The position numbers were made by a program, and so were the translations under genes. Of a stretch of 64,000 bases of DNA, positions 1 through 8,626 are shown in pieces. This DNA comes from Candidatus Latescibacterota bacterium. GTDB lineage: Bacteria; Latescibacterota; UBA2968; UBA8231. The first letter of the stretch is position 1, and each line of letters opens with the position of its first letter. Where the stretch lies: the NCBI GenBank assembly GCA_965206595.1, contig OZ242214.1:5120001-5184000 (forward strand). Reading direction: 5' to 3'. A model generated the notes under the pieces. It was not told the origin of the DNA. It searched no databases and saw nothing but the letters and a program-made list of their open reading frames with translations.

Positions 1-27
1 CGTGCAGAGCGAGCGCCACCCGGTTTC

Positions 28-57
28 TTGACACCCCCGGGATCCGGCGGCGACAAT
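28..57 (+). promoter_or_regulatory. Putative sigma70 promoter for the enolase/oxidoreductase pair
   Basis: TTGACA (28-33), 18-bp spacer, GACAAT (52-57), upstream of the ATG at 104. Confidence 0.4.
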
Positions 58-103
58 AGTAGATCGATTCAGACAGCCACCTGATTACCCACCGACTATT
101 CAA

Positions 104-1213
104 ATGAAAATCACCGGCGTACAGACCGTTCGAGTGCCGACGCTGCGCCACGCCGAACTGGGCCATCTCGTGCTCGTCCACACCGACGAGGGAATTACCG
201 GCCTCGGTGAGATCGCATCCGACTGCCACCGCGACACCGTGGCACACGCGATCGGGCAGATGGACCTCATCGGGCGCGACGCGAGCCGCATCGAGTCGTT
301 CTGGCTGTCGTTCGGAGTCCGCGATACGTTCTGGCGCGGCGGACCGATCTGGTACTCCGCGGTCAGCGCGGTCGAGCAGGCGCTTTGGGACATCAAGGGC
401 CGGAAGCTCGGGGTTCCGGTGTACGAGCTTCTCGGAGGACGGCTGCGGGACCGCATCAAGCTCTACACGCACACCCGTTTCGGCGACACGACCCCCGGCG
501 ATTTTGCCGCCTCCGCGGCCGACGCAGTTGCCGCGGGATTCTCCGCGGTGAAGTTCGATCCACTCGGCAACGCCCATCAGTCGATGAGCCCGCAGGAGAT
601 GCGCCTCGCCGTCGACCGCGTACGCGCGACCCGCGAGGCGATCGGTCCGGACGCCGGCCTGCTGATCGAGGGGCACGGCCGCCTCAGTCCCAACATGGCG
701 ATCCGCATGGCCAACCGCTTCGAGGAGTTCGACCCGTTCTTTTTCGAGGAGCCGGTCGCGCCTGAGAACATCGATGAAATGGCCAAGGTGGCGGCCTCGG
801 TGAATGTTCCGATCGCCACAGGGGAGCGGCTCTACACCCGCTGGGGATTCCGCGACCTGCTCGAAAAACAGGCCGCCGACTACATACAGCCCGATCTATG
901 CCACTGCGGCGGGTTCGCCGAGGGACGCAAGATCGCCGCCATGGCCGAGACCTACCACGTGCACGTGCTGCCCCACAATCCGAACGGCCCCATCTCGACC
1001 CTGGTCGGCCTGCACTTGGGCGCCTGCACCCCCAATTTCGAAATGCTCGAGTACCCGCGCCGTCCCGACGACGTGGTGCCTCTCCTGAAGGGTGTGCCGG
1101 AACCATCCGGCGGGCATATCGATGTGCCCGACGGACCGGGATGGGGTGTCGAAGTCGACGAAGAGGTGCTCGCGGATCTCGTTGCCCGCCAGAAAGGGAG
1201 CACCAATGCCTGA
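104..1213 (+). CDS. Mandelate racemase/muconate lactonizing enzyme family (galactonate dehydratase-like enolase)
   Basis: SAVEQALWDIKGRKLGVPVYELLGG, KFD, FFEEP, ATGERL, IQPDLCHCGG and PHNP motifs. Confidence 0.9.
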   Translation: MKITGVQTVRVPTLRHAELGHLVLVHTDEGITGLGEIASDCHRDTVAHAIGQMDLIGRDASRIESFWLSFGVRDTFWRGGPIWYSAVSAVEQALWDIKGRKLGVPVYELLGGRLRDRIKLYTHTRFGDTTPGDFAASAADAVAAGFSAVKFDPLGNAHQSMSPQEMRLAVDRVRATREAIGPDAGLLIEGHGRLSPNMAIRMANRFEEFDPFFFEEPVAPENIDEMAKVAASVNVPIATGERLYTRWGFRDLLEKQAADYIQPDLCHCGGFAEGRKIAAMAETYHVHVLPHNPNGPISTLVGLHLGACTPNFEMLEYPRRPDDVVPLLKGVPEPSGGHIDVPDGPGWGVEVDEEVLADLVARQKGSTNA

Positions 1214-2252
1214 TACGTACAATGCCGCCATCATCGGCCTGGGGTTCATCGGCGGAGGGGACCAGATCTCGGGTGATGCCCTGGGGCAGCGCGTGGAGGA
1301 GCTCGACGGCACCCACTTCAGCGCCCTTTCGCAGCATTCCAGGATCGATCTGATCGCCGGCAGCAGCCGCGACGAGGGGCGGCGGAATCGTTTCGCCGAA
1401 CGCTCCGGGGGCTGCCGCACCTACGCCGACTGGAGGGAGCTTCTCGACCGTGAGCAGATCGACATCGCCAGCGTCGCCACCTATGCCCCGCAGCACGCAG
1501 AGGTCGCGATCGCCTGCGCCCGGTCCGGGGTGAGGGTGATCTACTGCGAAAAACCGGTTGCCCAGACCTTGCCCGATGCCGAGGCGATGCTCGAGGCCTG
1601 CGCGGCGTCCGGAACGCTCCTGGTCGTCAACCACAACCGCCGCTTCACCGCGGACTTCCGCTTGCTGCGCGACCGCATCGCCGCCGGGGATCTCGGCGAC
1701 CTCACCTCGATCTCGGTGCAATGGCCGGCAGGCAGACTGGGAAACGTCGGCACCCACGTCTTCGACGCGGTGCGCATGATCTCGGGCCGCAGGGTCGAAG
1801 CGGTGTCCGCCACCCTGGACCTTGCGGGAAAGCCGGACTGTCGCGGTCAGGATTTCAGGGATCCGGGCGGCTGGGGTCTGCTCCGCCTTGAAGGAGGGCT
1901 GATCGCCACGGTCGACGCCGCCGACTACGCAACCATCCCGATGCGCCTCTGCTTCAACGGCGTCAGGTCCAGGGCGGTCTCCGATTTCGAGGAGATTGCG
2001 ATCGATTTCGCCTCAGGCGGCGGCAGTAAGCGCCTCACCGCGCCGGGTCCAAAGCGGTCGGCCATGGACGTCGCCGTGGGGGAGATCGTCGACTGGCTCG
2101 ACGGCAGGGGACCCTTTCCCTACGACGCGCAAGAGGCTGTCGACACACTCGAAACCATCGTCGCCTTCCACGCCTCCCACGGCCGCGACGCCGCCTGGAC
2201 GGCGCTGCCCCTGCGGGGAGCCGACCGCGAGATCGTAGTCAACAGCGGCTGA
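1206..2252 (+). CDS. Gfo/Idh/MocA family NAD(P)-dependent oxidoreductase
   Basis: ATG at 1206 overlaps the upstream stop; AAIIGLGFIG Rossmann motif, CEKP, VNHNRRF, GTHVFD. Confidence 0.88.
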   Translation: MPDTYNAAIIGLGFIGGGDQISGDALGQRVEELDGTHFSALSQHSRIDLIAGSSRDEGRRNRFAERSGGCRTYADWRELLDREQIDIASVATYAPQHAEVAIACARSGVRVIYCEKPVAQTLPDAEAMLEACAASGTLLVVNHNRRFTADFRLLRDRIAAGDLGDLTSISVQWPAGRLGNVGTHVFDAVRMISGRRVEAVSATLDLAGKPDCRGQDFRDPGGWGLLRLEGGLIATVDAADYATIPMRLCFNGVRSRAVSDFEEIAIDFASGGGSKRLTAPGPKRSAMDVAVGEIVDWLDGRGPFPYDAQEAVDTLETIVAFHASHGRDAAWTALPLRGADREIVVNSG

Positions 2253-2450
2253 AAGCGGCGGCCGGCCAGGGTGACCAAGGCCGCCAGTCTCACCCCCACT
2301 TCAGGTGCTCGATCTTGTGTCCTGTCCAGCTCAAATCCTGCCAATTCTTCCGCCGATTGATCCCCTCGGCCGCTGGATTTTGGCAATCTTTTTCGTGACG
2401 GGACACTCGCGGGCTACACCCAACCAAATCAAGAGGAGAAGGATACCGAG

Positions 2451-3173
2451 ATGTTTGGAAGAATAATCAACGAGCACGGGGAAGCGATCGATTATACCTG
2501 TCACGATGGCGGCGGGGACAGCCTTGCCGTATTAGGGCACGGCGTTACCGGAAACAAGGACCGCCCTTTCGTGAAAGCCCTTGCCGAGGGCCTGTCCGCG
2601 GCCGGCATTTCGGCGCTGCGCCTTTCGTTTTCGGGCAACGGCAGATCGGGCGGCCGCTTCCAGGACTGCACGATCAGCAAGGAGGTCGCCGATCTGGGAG
2701 CCGTCCTCGACGCTGTCGGGGACCGCCGCGTCGGCTACGTAGGTCACAGCATGGGGGGAGCGGTCGGCGTCATCCGCGCCAGCGAGGACGCGCGCCTGCA
2801 ATGGCTGGTTTCGCTAGCGGGCATGGTTCACACCGAAGCCTTCGCGCAGCGCGAGTTCGGCGACGTCTTACCCGGCTCCGGCTTCATGTGGGAGGACGAG
2901 GATTGTCCCCTGTCACAGGTCTTCATGGACGACATGGCCGCGATTTCCACCGTCGCCGACCGCGGTGGCGCGATCGGCGTTCCCTGGTTGCTGGTCCACG
3001 GCAGCGAGGACGACGTCGTGCCGCTCGAGGATTCGCGCGACATCGCTGCCCGTGCCGAAAAAACAAAGCCCCGCCTCGTCGAGATCGAGGGGGCCGACCA
3101 CGTTTTCAGCGATGGCGCTACCGAGGAAATGGTCGCGGCCGTGGTCGAATGGATTCAGGAATCGGCTGGATAG
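2451..3173 (+). CDS. Alpha/beta-fold hydrolase
   Basis: GHSMGG nucleophile elbow, HGSEDDVVP, GADH; AG-rich RBS upstream. Confidence 0.88.
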   Translation: MFGRIINEHGEAIDYTCHDGGGDSLAVLGHGVTGNKDRPFVKALAEGLSAAGISALRLSFSGNGRSGGRFQDCTISKEVADLGAVLDAVGDRRVGYVGHSMGGAVGVIRASEDARLQWLVSLAGMVHTEAFAQREFGDVLPGSGFMWEDEDCPLSQVFMDDMAAISTVADRGGAIGVPWLLVHGSEDDVVPLEDSRDIAARAEKTKPRLVEIEGADHVFSDGATEEMVAAVVEWIQESAG

Positions 3174-4000
3174 ACCTGCGCCGGGTCCGCGACCCATTTC
3201 TCGGTACCGCTTCTGGTCAATAGCACCCCATCCGACAGGGGGGTGAAATCGGTGCCCGTTTTCACTAACAGGTGCGGGTCTTTCCGGTACTCGGCGATGC
3301 CCTCCGCGAGCACGTCGCGAGCTCGGAGCAAACGGCATATCGCGTTGCCGGCCGTCCCCTTTCTCACTAGTCCCCGTCTTTCCAGCAGGCCCCCGAACTT
3401 GTTGAAGTCGTTGCCGGCAAATCCTTTCTTCGGGCTGAAGGCGCAGGTCGGCATGCTCCTGCGGGAACCGTCGGCCTCCACGATCTGTGCCTCGACCGGC
3501 ACCCACGTACGGTACGGCACCTTGACCATCTGCTCGACGACGTGAAACTGGGTGCAGCGGGTGTACGGCACGCCGAGCAGCAGGATATCGGCGTCGAGCT
3601 CGAAAAGCTGCCAGAAGGGGCCGTCGGCCGCCCACGCGGAGGCTCCATGGCGACAGGTTAGCTCGGCGCTCCGAGGTCCTGCCGCGGCGACGGAATGAAG
3701 GTAGTGCCGGCTGCGCCGGGCACCTGGAAGGCAGCGCACCTCCTCGGAAATCGCACCCATCTGCGAACGGTCCCGCCGCGGATCGAAAACCGGGCCGTCG
3801 GGATGGGAGAAAGTAAACGCCGGCACTGCAAGGGTGCCGTCGCTTCCGAGCGCCTCGCGGATCGCCGCAACCGCTTCAGCTGCGCCGCCGGCGACGCTAC
3901 CGATGCTGCTCAGCGAGCTGTGCACGAACAGCACCGAACCCCTGCGCACCCCGATTTCATCGAGGGAGGCGACGATCTGTTGTCGCGTTATTCCGGTCAT
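3155..4000 (-). CDS. AAC(3)/YokD family N-acetyltransferase
   Basis: VLFVHSSLSSIG, GTLAVPAFT, MGAISEEVR, LLLGVPY..CTQFHVVE; start taken at Met38 of the ORF. Confidence 0.85.
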   Translation of the reverse strand: MTGITRQQIVASLDEIGVRRGSVLFVHSSLSSIGSVAGGAAEAVAAIREALGSDGTLAVPAFTFSHPDGPVFDPRRDRSQMGAISEEVRCLPGARRSRHYLHSVAAAGPRSAELTCRHGASAWAADGPFWQLFELDADILLLGVPYTRCTQFHVVEQMVKVPYRTWVPVEAQIVEADGSRRSMPTCAFSPKKGFAGNDFNKFGGLLERRGLVRKGTAGNAICRLLRARDVLAEGIAEYRKDPHLLVKTGTDFTPLSDGVLLTRSGTEKWVADPAQVYPADS

Positions 4001-4113
4001 CGTATGATGTAGGCCATCCTGCTTGGGGACAACGCATTCCAGGTTCGCCCTCCGGCCGTTGGGATCCTTGCCTGCGCGGTTCGGGCTGCCGGCACAAAAC
4101 ATTGGAGTCACTC

Positions 4114-5211
4114 ATGGACAAACAGTATCGGGTCGGAATCGTCGGATGCGGCGGCATGGGCCGCTCGCATGCCCGGGCGTTTGCGGGCCTCGAGAAAACG
4201 TTGGTAGTTGCCGCCTCGGACATCGACGCCGAGGCGGCGCAGGCACTTGCCGTAGAGCATTCCATCCCTGCCGTCTACGACGACTACGGCGAGATGCTGG
4301 AGAAGGAGGATCTGGACATCGTCAGCGTACCCACCTGGCAGGGGGTGCGAGCCGAGATCACCGTCGCCGCCGCCCGGAGCGGCGTCAAGGCGGTGATCGG
4401 CGAGAAGCCGATGGCCGATTGTCTCGGCGGCGCCGACGACATGATTGAAGCCTGCGGCAGGCACGGGGTCAAACTGGCGATCGGGCATCACGGCCGTTAT
4501 ACGCCAACCCTGAACGAAATTCGCCGGCTGGTAGCCGACGGCGCCATCGGCGAGCCGACGATGCTGTACCATCGCGCCAAGCCGAATGCCGGGCTGCTCA
4601 ACACCGGGACCCATGCCGTCGACAGCTGGCGCTACATGCTGGGTGATCCGAAAACCGAGTGGGTCATCGGCAATTTCTCACGCACCACCGATCGCTGGGA
4701 ACGGCGCAGTCCCTGCGAAGATCTGTGCATGGGACTGGTCTGTTTTGCCGGTGGAGCCCGCGGGGTGTACGAAGGGGATCTGCCGGAGCCGGCCGCATCG
4801 ATGCCGGTGATTTCGGGCACCGAAGGCCAGATCCGCAGCGAAAACCAGGGCCCTATTCCGTCGGGGCGGATCTTTCTGCAACGCTTGGAGCACAGCTCGT
4901 GGATCGAGGTCGAACCTCCCCTGGTGGAGACGACGCAATACCAGGAGCTTATCGACTGGATCGAGGGAAAGGCGACCGACCACCGCGGCAACGGTCGCCA
5001 GGCGCGGGCAACGCTGGAGGTCCTGATGGGGATCTTCGAATCGCAGCGCACAAGAAACGTGGTCACCATGCCGTTGCGGACCCGCGAATGCCCGCTGGAC
5101 CTGATGATCGTCGACGGCAGCCTGCCGGTACTGGTTGAGGGGCGTTACGATCTGCGCCGGCCCTTCCCCGAAGAGTCGGACAGGAAACCAGAGGGGGTCG
5201 CGGGGAATTGA
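4114..5211 (+). CDS. Gfo/Idh/MocA family oxidoreductase
   Basis: VGIVGCGGMG, GEKPMA, GTHAVD; GGAG RBS upstream. Confidence 0.88.
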   Translation: MDKQYRVGIVGCGGMGRSHARAFAGLEKTLVVAASDIDAEAAQALAVEHSIPAVYDDYGEMLEKEDLDIVSVPTWQGVRAEITVAAARSGVKAVIGEKPMADCLGGADDMIEACGRHGVKLAIGHHGRYTPTLNEIRRLVADGAIGEPTMLYHRAKPNAGLLNTGTHAVDSWRYMLGDPKTEWVIGNFSRTTDRWERRSPCEDLCMGLVCFAGGARGVYEGDLPEPAASMPVISGTEGQIRSENQGPIPSGRIFLQRLEHSSWIEVEPPLVETTQYQELIDWIEGKATDHRGNGRQARATLEVLMGIFESQRTRNVVTMPLRTRECPLDLMIVDGSLPVLVEGRYDLRRPFPEESDRKPEGVAGN

Positions 5212-5645
5212 TGGCGAGAAAAACCGCCTACCCGATGCCCGGCCCGATCGCCGGGGAGGGCGTCTTCTCAGGACCGCTGGCGTTTTCGAACGCCGTCCGC
5301 GCCGGCAGCGGTGATCTGCTGTTCGTGTCGGGCCAGCTAGCCTTCGACGACAACATGAACATTGTCGGCGCAGGGGACATGCGCGCGCAAACGAGACAGG
5401 TACTGCTCAACATCGGCAAGGCGTTGGAGGCGGCAGGTGCAACCTTCGACGATGTAGTGCGGGTCCAGGTTTTCGTCACCGATCTGAGCGATTTCCGCGC
5501 CATTCACGAGGTGCGCCTCGAGTTCTTCGACCGCGGCCGGCTGCCTGCCTCGACCCTGGTCGAAGTTGCCGGGCTCGCCCACCAGAACGCCATGATCGAA
5601 ATCGACGCCGTCGCCGTGGTCGGCCCGGAGGAGGCTGCCGTATGA
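5211..5645 (+). CDS. RidA/YjgF family enamine-imine deaminase
   Basis: LFVSGQL, QTRQVLLNI, PASTLVEV..L....MIEIDAVA. Confidence 0.88.
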   Translation: MARKTAYPMPGPIAGEGVFSGPLAFSNAVRAGSGDLLFVSGQLAFDDNMNIVGAGDMRAQTRQVLLNIGKALEAAGATFDDVVRVQVFVTDLSDFRAIHEVRLEFFDRGRLPASTLVEVAGLAHQNAMIEIDAVAVVGPEEAAV

Positions 5646-6472
5646 GAGAAGCGATGCATCTTTCCGACGAACAAATCCGGCAGTACCGCAACAAGGGGTA
5701 CGTCGCCGGCCCACGCGTTCTCGACGACAGGCAGATCGACAAGCTGAAGCGCCGAATCGACGGGCTGCTCGACGGCAGCGTCGACCACCCCGAGCACCTC
5801 ATGGGGGAAACGGTGAAACGCTCCCGCGCCAAGGGCCAGCTCCCGTCGCAGAAGATCGTCAACCTTTTCCGCCATGACCCCGTTTTCGCCGAAGTCCTGG
5901 CAAACGAGGCGATCGGCAACCTTGCCCACGACCTCGCCGCCGCCCCGGTGCGCGTCTGGGAAGACCAGATGACCTACAAGCCCCCGCGCGAGGAGGCGGC
6001 GGTGCTCGCGTGGCATCGCGACTACACCTTCTGGGACCACGTCGGTCCGCCCGAGCTGTTCACCTGCTGGATCGCCCTCGACGACGCAACCGCCGCCAAT
6101 GGCTGCATGTGCGTAATTCCGGGGAGTCACCGATGGGAGATGCCTTTCGGCCGGGAAGATGTCGATGTCGGCGACCCGCACTGGGTGCTCGAGCAGGAGG
6201 GTGTTCCGGAGGGGGCCGATCTCACCCCCGTTCCCTGCGAAGTGAAGGCCGGACACTGCCACTTCCATCACTGCAGAACCCTCCACGGATCCTACGGAAA
6301 CAGCACCGACAACCCCCGCTACAGCTACATCCTGCACCTCATGCCGGGGACCACGCGCCGCCTCGGCGACAGCTGGAACGAGCGCATGGCCCGCGTTGAA
6401 AACGTCGATGTCGGCGAGGTGGTGCAGGGCCCGCAGTACCCCGAACTGGCCGCGCCGGAGGCAAACCCATGA
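5642..6472 (+). CDS. Phytanoyl-CoA dioxygenase (PhyH) family Fe(II)/2OG dioxygenase
   Basis: WHRD, TCWIALDDATAANGCMCVIPGSH, HHCRTLHGSYGN. Confidence 0.9.
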   Translation: MREAMHLSDEQIRQYRNKGYVAGPRVLDDRQIDKLKRRIDGLLDGSVDHPEHLMGETVKRSRAKGQLPSQKIVNLFRHDPVFAEVLANEAIGNLAHDLAAAPVRVWEDQMTYKPPREEAAVLAWHRDYTFWDHVGPPELFTCWIALDDATAANGCMCVIPGSHRWEMPFGREDVDVGDPHWVLEQEGVPEGADLTPVPCEVKAGHCHFHHCRTLHGSYGNSTDNPRYSYILHLMPGTTRRLGDSWNERMARVENVDVGEVVQGPQYPELAAPEANP

Positions 6473-7488
6473 ACGAGCTGAGAATCGGCGTTGCCGGACT
6501 CGGCCACGGGCGCACCCTTCTCGGGGCAAACGACCCGCAAGGCCGCGATCTGCCGGTGCGGGTGACGGCCCTGTGCGAGACCCGGCCGGAGCTCCTGGAA
6601 AGCATCGCGGGCGAGTACGGAATCGACCAGGCGACCACGGAGTACGACGAGCTCGTCGCCCGGGACGACCTCGACATCATCGGCATCTACACACCGGGAC
6701 CTTTGCACTCGGAACAGATCCTCAAGGCCCTCGACGCAGGCAAGCACGTCATGGTCACCAAGTCGATGGTCTACACCATGGCGGAGGTCGAAGAGGTCGT
6801 CGAGGCGGTCGACCGCTCGAGGCTGGTGCTCCTGGTTACGCAGACGATGCGCGGGCGCTACGACCTGATGGAGGCAAAGCGCGCCTGCGACACCGGGGAA
6901 ATCGGCGAGCTCTTTCTGGGCGAAGCCCATTACATCCACGACCTGCGGCCGGTGTACGACTACTCGCCGTGGCGCCTCACCATGCCGCAGGACCTCATCC
7001 TCGGCGGCGCCTGCCATCCGCTCGACCTGCTGCGCTGGTTTTTCGGCGATATCGAGGAGGTGCACTGTTACGGCCTGCGCAGCGGTGTGGCCCCGGATTA
7101 TCCCCAGGAGGACAACTTTGTCATCAACGTGCGCTTCGCCAGCGGCGCCATCGGCCGCGTCGCCGCCTTCCTGGGAATGGTGCATCCCCCGGGCATCGGC
7201 GGCATCAGCCTTACCGTGTACGGCACCAGGGGGACCATCCGCGACAACCGCAAGGCGCTAGATCCGCGAGGCCACGTTCCGAAGTCGGAACATACCGCCG
7301 AATTCCCCGGAGGCCGCGGTCACTACGGCGAGATGCAAGTGATAATGCGCCACATGGCGGACTGCGTTCTGAACGGGGCGTCGCCGTGGGTAGGCGTACG
7401 CGACGGAGCCCGGATCGTGTCGACGGGCCTCTCCTGTTGGGAATCTTTGCGAAGCGGGGCGCCGGCAAAGGTGCGCAACGAGTTCTGA
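6469..7488 (+). CDS. Gfo/Idh/MocA family oxidoreductase
   Basis: IGVAGLGHG, GKHVMVTKSM, ACHPLD. Confidence 0.85.
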   Translation: MNELRIGVAGLGHGRTLLGANDPQGRDLPVRVTALCETRPELLESIAGEYGIDQATTEYDELVARDDLDIIGIYTPGPLHSEQILKALDAGKHVMVTKSMVYTMAEVEEVVEAVDRSRLVLLVTQTMRGRYDLMEAKRACDTGEIGELFLGEAHYIHDLRPVYDYSPWRLTMPQDLILGGACHPLDLLRWFFGDIEEVHCYGLRSGVAPDYPQEDNFVINVRFASGAIGRVAAFLGMVHPPGIGGISLTVYGTRGTIRDNRKALDPRGHVPKSEHTAEFPGGRGHYGEMQVIMRHMADCVLNGASPWVGVRDGARIVSTGLSCWESLRSGAPAKVRNEF

Positions 7489-7516
7489 CTACGCGCCCGG
7501 TCGTCACGGCGCACGT

Positions 7517-7705
7517 TCACCCCCGTTCGGACACCATCTGCCCGCCGACAGCCCAGTGATCCGATTCGTACTCTTCGATCACGACCATGGTACTCTCGCG
7601 CGGGGATTGGCAGATGTCGACAATGGCATCGGTGATGGTGGCGACAAGCTTCTTCTTCTGGTCATCCGAACGACCCGACAGCATCTTGACTTCGATGAAT
7701 GGCAT
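7517..7705 (-). CDS. 4-oxalocrotonate tautomerase family protein
   Basis: N-terminal catalytic Pro (MPFIEVKMLSGRSDDQKKKL) and WAVGG; 62 aa; GGAG RBS. Confidence 0.9.
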   Translation of the reverse strand: MPFIEVKMLSGRSDDQKKKLVATITDAIVDICQSPRESTMVVIEEYESDHWAVGGQMVSERG

Positions 7706-7749
7706 GTTGCGCGTCTCCTTCCGGTGTGTAGTCTGCTGGTGCGGGAACG

Positions 7750-8094
7750 GTGAATGAAATGGATCGCGAGACAGTAATGCAGTGGCTGGGGAAGTTACGT
7801 GCGGGAACCCTCACCGAGAAGGATCTGGAGCATGTTCTCGGCGTCGAGCGAACGCAAAGGTTGCTCTACCTCCAGTGCCGGTCAACTGCCGTCGATTCCG
7901 AGGTCCTCGGGATGGCCATGGTCGAAAACGGAGAGCTCCTGGAGGGTCCGGAGAATCCCGGAGACTGGCCGTACGCATCGGTTGGCGAGGCCATGAGGGA
8001 CGGCTGGCGGATTCTGAAATTTCCTGAGCTCTCGTTGCAGCTGCACGAAGACAAGACCGTCGGCTTCGGCTGCGAATTCATCCTGGAAAAGTGA
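7750..8094 (+). CDS. Conserved hypothetical protein
   Basis: 114-aa ORF with typical codon usage; QRLLYL...WPYASVGEAMRDGWRILKFP...EFILEK. Confidence 0.7.
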   Translation: MNEMDRETVMQWLGKLRAGTLTEKDLEHVLGVERTQRLLYLQCRSTAVDSEVLGMAMVENGELLEGPENPGDWPYASVGEAMRDGWRILKFPELSLQLHEDKTVGFGCEFILEK

Positions 8095-8296
8095 ACCCTT
8101 CAAGCTGTTGGGTCGGCCATTTTTTGGACGCTTCTGGTCCATTCCCCGCCGGCAAAAGTCTTCATCGGCATGTTCCGCAAAAGATTCTCGATCTAGGGCT
8201 CTCGGAAGTAAAACGGCTCTGTGACTCGATTCGGGTCAGGTATGTAGCGGGTCCTCCAAGGAATCCGTATTATGAGCTGAACAAGGACGACTCCCC

Positions 8297-8500
8297 CTGC
8301 AACACGAGAATTTCCTCGACTCTACCAATGTTTCTGAAATTCTCAAGGAAGAACTGATTAGTTTGGCCTACCGCCTTTCGTGAGCCCTTATTGGAAACCG
8401 GCTCGCTGACCAGTTCCAGTTTCCAAAGCGCTTTGATGTGGGAACACTGTTTATGTACCGGATGAAACAACGCATCATGCGACTTCTGAAGGCCAAACAA
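8297..8500 (+). pseudogene. Degraded 3' gene fragment, tentatively MpaB/rubber-oxygenase (Lcp-like) family C-terminus
   Basis: Frame reads ..LAYRLS*ALIGNRLADQFQFPK..GTLFMYRMKQR; no start codon, internal TGA at 8381; family call is from recalled similarity only. Confidence 0.35.
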
Positions 8501-8626
8501 GTGGGAGTGCCTCCCTCCGGTAACAGGAAACCGAAAAACTCGGCCAGATGGACAAAGCCATCCTCGGTCCGCCGTTTCCATAGCGCCGCGCACTCGCATC
8601 GGTGAACTCGCTCTCGCACTGAGTCG

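Noticed and set aside
8381-8383. In-frame TGA in the gene remnant as a second selenocysteine site
   Set aside because: No start codon, no redox-Cys context and no clear SECIS; more likely a CGA-to-TGA nonsense change
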